NCBI GenBank assembly: GCA_028282005.1
Contig: JANQIV010000107.1
Location: forward strand, 1 to 24,000
Source: Melioribacteraceae bacterium
GTDB lineage: Bacteria > Bacteroidota > Ignavibacteria > Ignavibacteriales > Melioribacteraceae
Direction: 5' to 3'
Length of the DNA: 24,000 nt
The notes below the pieces were generated by a model. That model searched no databases and had not been told where the DNA came from. It saw only the letters and a program-made list of their open reading frames with translations. The position numbers and the translations under genes were made by a program. Shown here in pieces: positions 14,932 to 23,998 of this stretch; position 1 is the stretch's first letter; every line of letters begins with the position of its first letter.

Positions 14932-16011
14932 TTATCTCTTTACTCTTGCATTGCCTTTCCAAATACTCCAAACCATTTCTTCATCTGCAGGTTGTGCATA
15001 ATCAGTATAGAATGTAGTAGCCATTGCACCAGTAGCCCAACCAAACTGAATCCATTTTTCAGGTTCCCAATTTTTTAATATTCCATAAAGCATACCACCA
15101 ACAAATCCGTCACCACCACCAATTCTATCAATCACATTTATGTCTCGAGGTTTGACCACTTGCCACTCCTCTCCAGCCAGCATTATTCCACCCCATTTGT
15201 GCATATTTGCGCTTACAACTTCACGCAGCGTTGTAGCAAAAATAGTTGCATTAGGGAACAGTTGTTTTACTCTGCCTATCATTTCTTTGAAATTTTCGAT
15301 CTTCCCGTCAAGGTCTTCACCTCCTGCTTCCGGGCCTTTTATTCCGAAGCAAAGTTGAAAATCTTCTTCATTACCAACTAGGATGTCTGACACAGAAGCA
15401 ATTTCAGTAAAAGCAGCTTTTAATTCTTCTTCCCTACCTTTCCAGAAAGTAGTTCTATAATTAAGGTCGAAAGATATTTTTGTACCGTATTTTTTAGCGT
15501 TTCTAGCCAACTCCAAACAAAAAGTTGAAGTTTCAGGAGAAAGTGCCGTAATCAATCCTGATAAGTGAATTATTTGCACGCCTTCGTTATCGAATATTCT
15601 CTCGAGATCAAAATCATTTACATTTAGTGTTCTTCCTACTTCGCCAGCTCTGTCATTATGCACACGCGGTCCACGATTTCCAAAACCGCTATCGGCTATA
15701 TTAAATTGATGACGATAGCCCCACGGACCACCTTGATCAACATCTTTTCCCTCATAATCCATAAACCTGCTTCGCAAATTACTTTTTATGAGTTTTGCGA
15801 TTGGACTTCCTTTCACAAACGTTGTTAAAACTTTTACCGGTAAACCTAAGTATGAAGATATGCTTGCAACATTTGTTTCTGCACTGGTAACCTGCAAAAT
15901 ATATTGATTACTGCTGTGAACCGGCTGGTGTTCAACCGGAGTAATTCTTACGCCCATGCTAGTAGGAACAATTAATGAATATTTACAATTTCTTTTTAAT
16001 TCCAAAGCCAT
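14932..16011 (-). CDS. PfkB-family sugar or sugar-acid kinase (2-keto-3-deoxygluconate-kinase-like)
   Basis: 359 aa. It has the PfkB signature near the C-terminus, DRIGGGDGFVGGMLYG (the DTxGAGD-type anion hole), plus ISFDLNYR..FW and ILVGNEED. SD GAGGAAAAA is upstream. Confidence 0.8.
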   Translation of the reverse strand: MALELKRNCKYSLIVPTSMGVRITPVEHQPVHSSNQYILQVTSAETNVASISSYLGLPVKVLTTFVKGSPIAKLIKSNLRSRFMDYEGKDVDQGGPWGYRHQFNIADSGFGNRGPRVHNDRAGEVGRTLNVNDFDLERIFDNEGVQIIHLSGLITALSPETSTFCLELARNAKKYGTKISFDLNYRTTFWKGREEELKAAFTEIASVSDILVGNEEDFQLCFGIKGPEAGGEDLDGKIENFKEMIGRVKQLFPNATIFATTLREVVSANMHKWGGIMLAGEEWQVVKPRDINVIDRIGGGDGFVGGMLYGILKNWEPEKWIQFGWATGAMATTFYTDYAQPADEEMVWSIWKGNARVKR

Positions 16012-16082
16012 TTTTTCCTCGTAATTTTTAAACTACTTACCTCTTAACTCTGTCGGAACCGCCATCACTTATTAGTTTTTAA

Positions 16083-16412
16083 CTACAATAAAATTGAAGT
16101 TTCCTTTAGAGCGGCAATCAAAACTACTTGAGTCTCTTTACACAATTCTGGTGTAATATCTGTCCAATGCAACCATTGAGCACCATCAAAAATTTCATCC
16201 CAATCAAAATCATCTAAATTAACATCTATAACTGTTGAATTTGATTGGTCATATAAAACTTTTGGAGCACGCTGACTGGTAACGGTTTCCAAAAAATAAA
16301 TTCCAATTCTATTTCCGTTTCTAACAATATAGTCAGTATGAACGCCAAATCTTCTTAAGTGATTTACTGCTGATTGGCCTATTTCGTGTTTAGGTAATTT
16401 AGTGAGAGAACT
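16083..16412 (-). pseudogene. kdgK: Internal fragment of a Bacteroidetes-type 2-dehydro-3-deoxygluconokinase gene
   Basis: The minus-strand reading is LTKLPKHEIGQSAVNHLRRFGVHTDYIVRNGNRIGIYFLETVTSQRAPKVLYDQSNS...DFDWDEIFDGAQWLHWTDITPEL.... This matches the central part of KdgK (..KLP.HEIGQAAVN.LR.FGVDT..IVR.G.R.GIYFLE.GASQR.SKV.YDR..S....DFDW..IF.GA.WFH.TGITPAL). The N-terminal ~50 codons and the whole C-terminal half (ATP site) are missing. The track's 69-aa ORF 16083..16292 is just its tail. Confidence 0.75.
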
Positions 16413-16492
16413 GAAATTTTTAATTCGAAAATTAAAAAAAGGGGAATTAGATTGTTTCCTTTTTTTTCGAAAAAAAATTTGTTTGGCTGGTA

Positions 16493-18157
16493 TTAGTAAT
16501 TTTCCTTATAAGTTTTTAATAAATGTACAGCAACCTCTTTCGCTTGTTCTCTTGTTAATCCTTGATTCGGCATAATTGGTAATTCATGATTTACTCTTTG
16601 CGGATCATAAATCCATTCAACCAATGAATCTACATTTTCTACATATTTTGGCAGCACATCATTGTAGGCCGGACCAACAAATTCAGAATCCATTCTGTGG
16701 CAAACAAGGCATTCTTTTTCGAAAAAGTCTTGTCCGTTAACAAAAACTGTTTTCCCAATACTTACTACCTCTGATGCATCAGTTCCGGGTATTTGAGTTT
16801 GATCACCACTAGTTGCGGCTGCCCCACCATTTTCATTATAAATATTTATGATGTAATCGGTAATAGCTTCAGCTTCAGCGGGCTTCAAACCTTGATTAGG
16901 CATTGGCGGATAATTCGGATCAACCTTTACCGGATTTAGAATAAATTGAACTAAGCCATCTCTATTGTCAGCATATTTTGGCAGTACACTATTGTAAGAA
17001 GGACCAACAAGTCTTTGATCAAATTTGTGGCAAGCAGCGCAACGACCGTTAAAAATATCTTCACCGCTGATTGGTATAATACCCAATCCCAGCTCAGTTT
17101 TCATTTCTTCAATATGTAGCTCATAATTTTTTGCTGCAGCGTAAAATGGACCAACTGTAGCAGCATTGAAAGCTGATTGTTCTTTTACTACAAAACCGAT
17201 AAAAAAGAGAACCAAAAAGGTAATTGCAGAATTTATATATTTTGCACCCTCTTCTTTCAACATAAGATAAGTTAAACTAACTACTATCAATAATGACATT
17301 AAAGCAAAGAAAGCCGCACCAAATGCTGTATCAGCCAAAGATATTTCCGGGGATAATAAGAAAACCAACACATAAAGAATTGGGGCTGCAACACCGGCTG
17401 CCAATCCGGTTTTTAGTAAATTATCTTTAACAAATTCTTTGTATTCGTTAGCAGTTTCTTTCAATTCTTCATTTAAATAAAACAAACCAACAACCGTAGT
17501 TGTCACTAAAGCAATAGATACAAAAAACAAAAACTTCATTAAAGTAGAGAATGAAAATATAATTGAGAAAATACTCGATGCACTTTCCCATCTCGAAGGA
17601 TCAATTGCTAAAGTTGTGGCACCAAAGAAAACATAAGCTGCAAATAATATTAAATATAAAGCCCAATTCCCGGCTGAATTAAAAAGACTTTGAGAAACAT
17701 TTTTATATTGATTTAATTCACCAGAAATCTCATTGCTTTCTTCTTTTACTGAATTGAAAATATCTTTTAAGTGAAATGAATATTTGTACGAGTAAATACT
17801 AATTACGCCTGCAATTAAAAATAAAAATGAAACAAGAATATATCCTGTTAAACTTATTTCACTTGAAGAAAGTAACTGTGCATAACAAAAAGCCGCACTT
17901 AACATCGGGACAATACCCAACGCAAAAGCTACACTTTTGTTTATTGTTGCAAGATCAATTATATCTTTTGCAAGTTTGAAATAAAATTTATTACCGCTTT
18001 GTTTTCCTTTCTTATTATAGTTCAAAGATAAATAAGTCGCGCCGATTAATACACCCATGTACGGAATCAATAAAATATAAGTAAGTATCAAAAGGTATTG
18101 TAATAATACCATGTGATGATCTGACTGCGGAAGTACAAAGCTATCTAAAAATTCCAT
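16493..18157 (-). CDS. Polytopic membrane protein fused to two C-terminal class-I cytochrome c domains (dihaem)
   Basis: 554 aa. About 330 aa of hydrophobic helices (roughly 8 TM) are followed by two repeats of CxxCH...VGP.YN.VLPKY......P.MPNQGL (CAACH and CLVCH). It sits immediately downstream of ctaB in the oxidase cluster. Confidence 0.8.
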   Translation of the reverse strand: MEFLDSFVLPQSDHHMVLLQYLLILTYILLIPYMGVLIGATYLSLNYNKKGKQSGNKFYFKLAKDIIDLATINKSVAFALGIVPMLSAAFCYAQLLSSSEISLTGYILVSFLFLIAGVISIYSYKYSFHLKDIFNSVKEESNEISGELNQYKNVSQSLFNSAGNWALYLILFAAYVFFGATTLAIDPSRWESASSIFSIIFSFSTLMKFLFFVSIALVTTTVVGLFYLNEELKETANEYKEFVKDNLLKTGLAAGVAAPILYVLVFLLSPEISLADTAFGAAFFALMSLLIVVSLTYLMLKEEGAKYINSAITFLVLFFIGFVVKEQSAFNAATVGPFYAAAKNYELHIEEMKTELGLGIIPISGEDIFNGRCAACHKFDQRLVGPSYNSVLPKYADNRDGLVQFILNPVKVDPNYPPMPNQGLKPAEAEAITDYIINIYNENGGAAATSGDQTQIPGTDASEVVSIGKTVFVNGQDFFEKECLVCHRMDSEFVGPAYNDVLPKYVENVDSLVEWIYDPQRVNHELPIMPNQGLTREQAKEVAVHLLKTYKENY

Positions 18158-18180
18158 ATAAAACTTTCCTCAAAATTCTT

Positions 18181-19164
18181 TTATAATAATTTATCTATTG
18201 AGATAATCATTATTACAATTAGTACGTATAAGTTAACATTTAAAAATGCTCTTCTGAATACTACTTTTTCTATGTAATCAGCAAGTATATTTCTCGTTTT
18301 CCAAATTAAAAGGATACTGCTTACTAGTAACAACGAAATTGAAATAATACTGTTCGATATTCCGAAAAACGGAATCAACAAGCAGCTTATCGCTAACGCA
18401 GCAATCCATGTAAAAGTAATTCTACTTAATTGCTTATTAGCAAATTTTTGTGTCAAAGTTGGGAAACCGGCTTTCTCATAATCTTTACCGTAAATCATTA
18501 GCAACAGCCAAAAATGCGGTATCTGCCAAATAAAAAAGAACAAAGCAACTGCCAATATTTGAATATCACTCCAATTACCTCCGGCAGCTACCCAACCTAT
18601 TACAGGCGGTAATGCACCAATCACTGAACCTGGAATAACCGCAAGTGCATTCATTTTCTTCATCGGCGTATAAATTATGTTGTACCAGGCCAGGGTAATC
18701 CAACCAATAATTAACGCTGTTAAATTTGCTGAATAATAAATTGTCAGCGAACCACTAATAATTAAAAACAGAGATACTATTACAACAGATTCTTCTTTAA
18801 CTCTCCCACTTGGAATCGGCCTGTTTTTAGTTCTTTCCATTAAAGCATCTGTTGTCTTCTCTTGATAATGATTTAATGCGGAAGAACCGCAAGCAAGAAG
18901 AAAAACACCAAGGGTTGGCAAAAGTAGACCAATATTGTAGCCGCTAAAAAGTAAAAACCCAACAGAAGTTGTTAGCGCTACAAAAAAAGTAATACGGACT
19001 TTACAAAGGTCCATATATACTTCCACCCTATCTTTAACGTAATTATACAAATCAACCCAAATTATTCTATTGGCCAATTCCGGCTTGTCCCGTAGGGACA
19101 GATTGCTGCTGCGCATCTTCACCTTCATTATACCAATTATCAAAATCTTCTTTAGATAGAACAA
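18181..19164 (-). CDS. ctaB: Protohaem IX farnesyltransferase (haem O synthase)
   Basis: UbiA-type polytopic protein. Motifs: YMDLCKVRITFFVALTT (cf. Y..L.KPRI), NHYQEKTTDALMERTKNRPIPSG (the N....D...D..M.RT..RP..G motif), and YGKDYEKAGFP. The track start at 19164 is TTG inside ctaC. In-frame ATGs at 19128 and 19116 also overlap ctaC (stop at 19067). ATG at 19014 would remove part of a conserved N-terminal segment. The start is therefore uncertain. Confidence 0.85.
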   Translation of the reverse strand: MFYLKKILIIGIMKVKMRSSNLSLRDKPELANRIIWVDLYNYVKDRVEVYMDLCKVRITFFVALTTSVGFLLFSGYNIGLLLPTLGVFLLACGSSALNHYQEKTTDALMERTKNRPIPSGRVKEESVVIVSLFLIISGSLTIYYSANLTALIIGWITLAWYNIIYTPMKKMNALAVIPGSVIGALPPVIGWVAAGGNWSDIQILAVALFFFIWQIPHFWLLLMIYGKDYEKAGFPTLTQKFANKQLSRITFTWIAALAISCLLIPFFGISNSIISISLLLVSSILLIWKTRNILADYIEKVVFRRAFLNVNLYVLIVIMIISIDKLL

Positions 19165-19720
19165 CCACTTTTGTGTACATCATTGAGTGCTTTAAGCCGC
19201 AGTATTCTGCGCAAGCAATATCAAAAGAACCAATTTGCTGCGGAGTAAAGCTTAAGTAAGTTTCAAATCCAGCAATAACATCTTCCTTAATTCTGAATGC
19301 AGGAATAAACAATGAGTGGTTGACATCTAATGAAATCATTTCAAGTTTTATAGGTGTATTAACAGGCACATAAAGCGTATCTGTATCTTTACCGTTTTCA
19401 TATTTGAAATCCCATTCCCACATTTTAGCATTTACGTCAATAATAAATGCATCGTCCGGAACATATCTTATTGTTTCGAAGCCTATATATCCAAAATAGA
19501 ACATTCCTAAAACTAAAAGTGTAGGTATCGCTATCCAAATTGCTTCAAGCAAAACGCTGCCGTGAATATCCTTCGGCTCATGGCCTTTCTTCCTGTGGTA
19601 CTTAAAAACAAAATAAATCATTGCAGCAGTAATTCCCAAGAGAAGAACTACTCCGGCCGCAACGATAATCAACATTGCTAAATCAACACCTTCAACAGTA
19701 TTTGATGGAGCTGGAAACAT
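19067..19720 (-). CDS. ctaC: Cytochrome c oxidase subunit II (CuA subunit, no fused cytochrome c domain)
   Basis: 217 aa with two N-terminal TM helices and a cupredoxin domain. The CuA ligands are HS..IPAF and CAEYCGLKHSMM. The protein ends about 45 aa after CuA with no CXXCH. Confidence 0.9.
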   Translation of the reverse strand: MFPAPSNTVEGVDLAMLIIVAAGVVLLLGITAAMIYFVFKYHRKKGHEPKDIHGSVLLEAIWIAIPTLLVLGMFYFGYIGFETIRYVPDDAFIIDVNAKMWEWDFKYENGKDTDTLYVPVNTPIKLEMISLDVNHSLFIPAFRIKEDVIAGFETYLSFTPQQIGSFDIACAEYCGLKHSMMYTKVVVLSKEDFDNWYNEGEDAQQQSVPTGQAGIGQ

Positions 19721-19729
19721 AAACTATCC

Positions 19730-20026
19730 TCAACGAAAACTTATATCAAAGTATGTTAAAATAAATATTACAACCAACGTAAAAAGACTTATTCCGATAA
19801 AGACTTTAAATATTGGTTCTTCGAACTTGATGTGCATAAAATAATTTACAACCAAAATCGATTTCACACAAGCTATTCCCATTGCAACAAAAAGAGTGTA
19901 TTCGCCCAAACTAATCCCGGCAATAGAAACAGTAATTGATGTTAAAGCTAATAACCCAAGCCAAACAAGGGTTAAACCGCCGTAACCAATTCCGTGATGC
20001 TCATGATTATTATCGTGTTGTGACAT
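19730..20026 (-). CDS. Cytochrome c oxidase subunit IV (prokaryotic COX4/CyoD-like small membrane subunit)
   Basis: 98 aa with three TM helices. It has a His-rich N-terminus and ACVKSILVVNYFMHIK (cf. the A..KA.LV..FFMHL pattern). It sits between subunits III and II. Confidence 0.7.
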   Translation of the reverse strand: MSQHDNNHEHHGIGYGGLTLVWLGLLALTSITVSIAGISLGEYTLFVAMGIACVKSILVVNYFMHIKFEEPIFKVFIGISLFTLVVIFILTYFDISFR

Positions 20027-20036
20027 TAAAAAATCC

Positions 20037-20675
20037 TCACTGTATTAAATAAAATAACGGGAATAAGAAAATCCAGATCAAGTCAACCAAGTGCCAGTAC
20101 AGTCCAGAATTTTCCAAAGCAACATATTTATCTTTTGTAATTTTATCTTGAATTACAAATACAAGCATAACAGCTAGAAGTACTAATCCAATTACTACGT
20201 GAAGTCCATGGAGTCCGGTCATTACATAATACAAACCAAAGAAAATAATTTCGCCGTTACTTTTAGCTAATAATTCATCTGCCCCAGGATAAATACCATG
20301 GTGCATTTTTGCAGCCCATTCAAAATATTTATTTACCATAAAGGCAAGAGCAAAACCTATTGTAACAACCAAATTGAAAATTGCAAAATTCTTTTTGCCT
20401 TTTTGAATAGCAGCAATCGCCAGAGCAACAGTTAAACTACTTGTTAAAAGAATAACTGTATTGAGAGTACCAATGCTTGTACTTAATTCAGTTGCAGCAA
20501 AGTGAAATTCATCAGAATATAAATACCTGTAATATCCATAGGCTAAAAACATTCCACCGAATAAAAGCAGCTCTGTAAATAAGAACAACCACATTCCCAT
20601 TTTAGAACCAATGTCATCGCGATGCTCGTGTCCGTGATCTCCCGAAGCAGTAATAGCCTGATCACTTTGACTCAT
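20037..20675 (-). CDS. ctaE: Cytochrome c oxidase subunit III
   Basis: 212 aa. [26 protein letters not shown] and [17 protein letters not shown] are characteristic of subunit III. SD GAAGGAG is upstream, and the gene overlaps ctaD by 14 nt. Confidence 0.85.
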   Translation of the reverse strand: MSQSDQAITASGDHGHEHRDDIGSKMGMWLFLFTELLLFGGMFLAYGYYRYLYSDEFHFAATELSTSIGTLNTVILLTSSLTVALAIAAIQKGKKNFAIFNLVVTIGFALAFMVNKYFEWAAKMHHGIYPGADELLAKSNGEIIFFGLYYVMTGLHGLHVVIGLVLLAVMLVFVIQDKITKDKYVALENSGLYWHLVDLIWIFLFPLFYLIQ

Positions 20676-22308
20676 AATCCATCTCCTTCAATTGACTGAA
20701 ATCATAAGGCTCTGTCTTAACTGTTGGAATCTCGTGGAAGTTTTCCAAAGTTGGAGGCGATTCAATATGCCATTCAAGTGTAACTCCGCCCCAAGGATTT
20801 TTATGAGCCTTTTTACCTTTTTTCATACTGTAAATTAAACTACCGAAAATCAAAATCATTGTAATTCCCATTAACCAGGAACCGACTGTTGATATCTGTT
20901 GCATAGCTTCAAATTCGGGAAGATAGTCATAGTATCGTCTCGGCATACCCATATACCCCATAATAAATTTTGGGAAATACAGCATGTTAAATGCTACGAA
21001 ATACAAGGCTGCAGCAATATTTGCCGTTTTTATGTTGTACATTCTGCCAAACATTTTAGGGAACCAATAATATAAAGCCGCAAAGAATATTGTACCCACA
21101 CCTCCAAACATCACATAGTGGAAATGGGCAACAACAAAGTAAGTATCGTGTACGTGAATATCTGTAGCAAGCGAACCAAGTACTAAACCAGTTAATCCGC
21201 CAATTGAAAATAAAAAGATGAAATTCATTACCCAGATAAACGGCGGTTTCGGATCGATAGAACCTTTATACATTGTTGCAACCCAGTTGAAAACTTTAAC
21301 ACCACTAGGCAGAGCAACAATAAAAGTAAGCAAAGAAAAGATAATTCTTGACGTATCACTAATTCCAGTTGTGAACATGTGGTGCGCCCAAACTAAGTAT
21401 CCAACAAAAGCAATCGCTAAACTCGACATCGCGATAGCTTTATAACCAAAAATTGTTCTTCTTGCAAAAGTTGGGATAATTTCAGAAACAACACCCATAG
21501 CAGGTAAAATCATAATATAAACTGCCGGATGAGAATATATCCAGAATAAGTGCTGGAATAAAATCGGATCACCACCTAAAGTAGGATCGAAAATACCAAT
21601 TCCGAAATATCTTTCAAGTACAACTAAGAGAATTGTTATACCCACGACCGGGGTAGCAATAATTTGAATCCATGCCGTTGCGTACATTGACCATCCGAAG
21701 AGAGGCATTCTAAACCAGGTCATGCCCGGGGCACGCATTCTGTGAATCGTAGTAATAAAATTTAATCCTGTTAGAATTGAAGAAAATCCCAATACAAACG
21801 CTGCCATTATCGCAAGTGAGATATTCGTCCCGGACCGAACACTGTAAGGAACATAAAATGTCCAACCAGTATCAAGCGGACCATCTGGCAAAACAATCGA
21901 AATTAAAGCCATGATTGCGCCAACAACATAAATCCACCAAGAAAGTAAATTTAATCTTGGAAATGCAACGTCTTTTGCACCAATTTGTATCGGCAAAAAG
22001 AAATTGCCAAAAATTGCCGGAAGTCCAGGAATAATAAAAAGGAAAATCATTATCACACCGTGCAGTGTGAATAACTGATTATAAAATTGAGGTTCAAATA
22101 AATCTTTACCCGGAGCGATTAACTCCAATCTCATTAAAATCCCAGCAAGTACACCAACTAAAAAGAAAGCTGAAATTCCGTATAAATACAGAAGCCCAAT
22201 TCTTTTATGGTCAGTACTAAAAATCCAAGCTAATATTCCCTTATTCCATCTATTAGTTGATTCTTCGTAAAAACTTTTTTCTTCTAAAGCTACAGTACCG
22301 TTAGCCAT
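20662..22308 (-). CDS. ctaD: Cytochrome c oxidase subunit I, A2-type haem-copper oxidase
   Basis: 548 aa. Motifs: [21 protein letters not shown] (haem a His), [14 protein letters not shown] (CuB His and cross-linked Tyr; YSHPAV at 21517..21537), WAHHMFT (CuB His pair) and VAHFHYV (haem a3 / haem a His). Confidence 0.95.
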   Translation of the reverse strand: MANGTVALEEKSFYEESTNRWNKGILAWIFSTDHKRIGLLYLYGISAFFLVGVLAGILMRLELIAPGKDLFEPQFYNQLFTLHGVIMIFLFIIPGLPAIFGNFFLPIQIGAKDVAFPRLNLLSWWIYVVGAIMALISIVLPDGPLDTGWTFYVPYSVRSGTNISLAIMAAFVLGFSSILTGLNFITTIHRMRAPGMTWFRMPLFGWSMYATAWIQIIATPVVGITILLVVLERYFGIGIFDPTLGGDPILFQHLFWIYSHPAVYIMILPAMGVVSEIIPTFARRTIFGYKAIAMSSLAIAFVGYLVWAHHMFTTGISDTSRIIFSLLTFIVALPSGVKVFNWVATMYKGSIDPKPPFIWVMNFIFLFSIGGLTGLVLGSLATDIHVHDTYFVVAHFHYVMFGGVGTIFFAALYYWFPKMFGRMYNIKTANIAAALYFVAFNMLYFPKFIMGYMGMPRRYYDYLPEFEAMQQISTVGSWLMGITMILIFGSLIYSMKKGKKAHKNPWGGVTLEWHIESPPTLENFHEIPTVKTEPYDFSQLKEMDYESK

Positions 22309-23102
22309 TAATTTTTTAACTCCTTTGTACCTTTTTTCTTTGTGAACAACAAAACGCTCAAAAATATACCAACACCCAACAGCATAACACTGCCAATAAT
22401 TCTAGTAATATTTAGTGCGTATCCCCTGCCATCCGGATCGTAACTGAAACAAAACTGAAGCATTTTTGCTACTGTTGGAACGGTTTTTCCTTCTTGAGCA
22501 TCATAAATCGCCATTTTTATATCAAACGGATTAAATTTTAGACCAAGAAGATATCTGGAAATTTTTCCATCCGGTGAAATTGCGACTATAGCTCCCGGGT
22601 GGGTATAATTTCCGTCAGAAGATTGCTGATAACGATATCCCAAAGCATCTGCAACTTTTTTAATGTTTTCATTCTCTCCGGTCAAAAAATGCCATGCTTC
22701 TTGAGGGAATTCACCTTTCATCCCGTCGTAATAATTCTTTTTCCAGCGAGCCGTAGTCTCACTATTTTCTCTCGGATCAATACTCAATGTTACAATCTGA
22801 TATTCTTCAATCGGTTTCAAATCAACTTTGTTTATTACCCATGCAATTTCTGTGAGTAATGGGGAGCATATTCCCGGGCACTCATAATAAACCAAAGAAA
22901 ATATTGTTGGCTTTGTGATGATATCTTTTAATTGAACTGTATCCCCTTTTGAATTCTGAAAAGTTGTTTCAAGCGGAAGATAATCACCCAATTGTTCATC
23001 AATCCCAACACCAATTTGTTTTTCTTGTGCTACAATGTTTTGGTTAAAGCAAAACACATAAATTATTACAATTAAATAAATTAGATTATTTCTTTTAATC
23101 AT
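22308..23102 (-). CDS. SCO1/SenC-family copper chaperone (thioredoxin fold)
   Basis: 264 aa with an N-terminal signal peptide. It has a CxxxC copper site [10 protein letters not shown], the family-typical SIDP..D and a distal His (YTHPGAIV). An extra C-terminal TM helix is present. Its stop overlaps the ctaD start by 1 nt. Confidence 0.85.
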   Translation of the reverse strand: MIKRNNLIYLIVIIYVFCFNQNIVAQEKQIGVGIDEQLGDYLPLETTFQNSKGDTVQLKDIITKPTIFSLVYYECPGICSPLLTEIAWVINKVDLKPIEEYQIVTLSIDPRENSETTARWKKNYYDGMKGEFPQEAWHFLTGENENIKKVADALGYRYQQSSDGNYTHPGAIVAISPDGKISRYLLGLKFNPFDIKMAIYDAQEGKTVPTVAKMLQFCFSYDPDGRGYALNITRIIGSVMLLGVGIFLSVLLFTKKKGTKELKN

Positions 23103-23113
23103 TTTTATATCAA

Positions 23114-23998
23114 TTAGCCTCTTAAATTAGCTACTCTAGTCAGATAATCATATAAAGCAGACCATTCAGCTTCTGATAATCTCAATACAGTTGACCTAAA
23201 ACCTAAACTGTTCGGAGCAAGCGATATAGTTTCAATAAACTCACTTTGATCTGAACTGATTCCTGAATAAAAGAAAGTTTTAAGTACTTTAACGGGATCA
23301 TGAGCATTTTCTGAAATCAATTGTGCTCCCGTTTCACTTTTTGAGTTTTCCCAAAAACTTTTTGCAGTTTGATCAAACTCTTCGTCAAACTCTTTTACAA
23401 CTTTTTTAATTGCTAACTTTACAGGAATCTGATTTGACTCAACTCTTTCTTTAGATAAACCGTATGTTGCGTCAAGTTCAAGCAAAATTTCTTCGTCTGT
23501 TACTTCTGGAAATTCATCAAATGTTCTTGTGTAATGAATAATCGCAACTCTATCTTCAGGTTTTAAATATTCATAAGCAGCCATTCCATTTTGAATAATT
23601 CCCTCTTCAAGAGTTTTATACATATCAACAAATTTTCTGCCGTTTGTCCAGCCTTCTTTATCACTAAAGTTTCTTGGTGCAGGTTCTAAATTTGTACCCG
23701 CAGCGCCATCACCATTTCCTTGTGCACCATGACATGAAGAACAATTTGCATCGTAAAGTTCTCTTCCTTTATCAATTAACTCTTGAGTCGGCTCTTTAAC
23801 TAACTTTAGATCTACCGGAGGAATAACTCCACCCCTTTTGATTGCAACATCTTGAAAGGCAAATAGAGAATCATTTACAGGAGGCTGATGTTTCACACCC
23901 ATTGTACCAACATTCATGTAATATCTAACGCCAACAGCCAGTAAGATCATAATGAATATCGGGAAAACCCATCCGAATAATCTTACGGGGTTTTTCAA
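23114..23998 (-). CDS. Membrane-anchored monohaem c-type cytochrome (possibly 5'-truncated by the window edge)
   Basis: An N-terminal TM helix (WVFPIFIMILLAVGV) and a single haem site NCSSCHGAQGNGDG with a downstream Met region (GMAAY). The track start at 23998 is a TTG 2 nt from the window end, so the true start may lie outside the window. Confidence 0.75.
   Translation of the reverse strand: MKNPVRLFGWVFPIFIMILLAVGVRYYMNVGTMGVKHQPPVNDSLFAFQDVAIKRGGVIPPVDLKLVKEPTQELIDKGRELYDANCSSCHGAQGNGDGAAGTNLEPAPRNFSDKEGWTNGRKFVDMYKTLEEGIIQNGMAAYEYLKPEDRVAIIHYTRTFDEFPEVTDEEILLELDATYGLSKERVESNQIPVKLAIKKVVKEFDEEFDQTAKSFWENSKSETGAQLISENAHDPVKVLKTFFYSGISSDQSEFIETISLAPNSLGFRSTVLRLSEAEWSALYDYLTRVANLRG

Noticed and set aside
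14265-15381. Plus-strand ORFs 14265..14486, 15140..15358 and 15160..15381
   Set aside because: Antisense to the LarA-like and PfkB kinase genes.
16430-16475. A/T-run flanked GGAA...TTCC inverted repeat downstream of the dihaem cytochrome gene, considered as a terminator
   Set aside because: Only about 4 G/C-containing base pairs. On the relevant minus-strand RNA the adjacent positions are C.A mismatches, which is too weak to call.
21218-22859. Plus-strand ORFs 21218..21445 and 22599..22859
   Set aside because: Antisense to ctaD and the SCO gene respectively.
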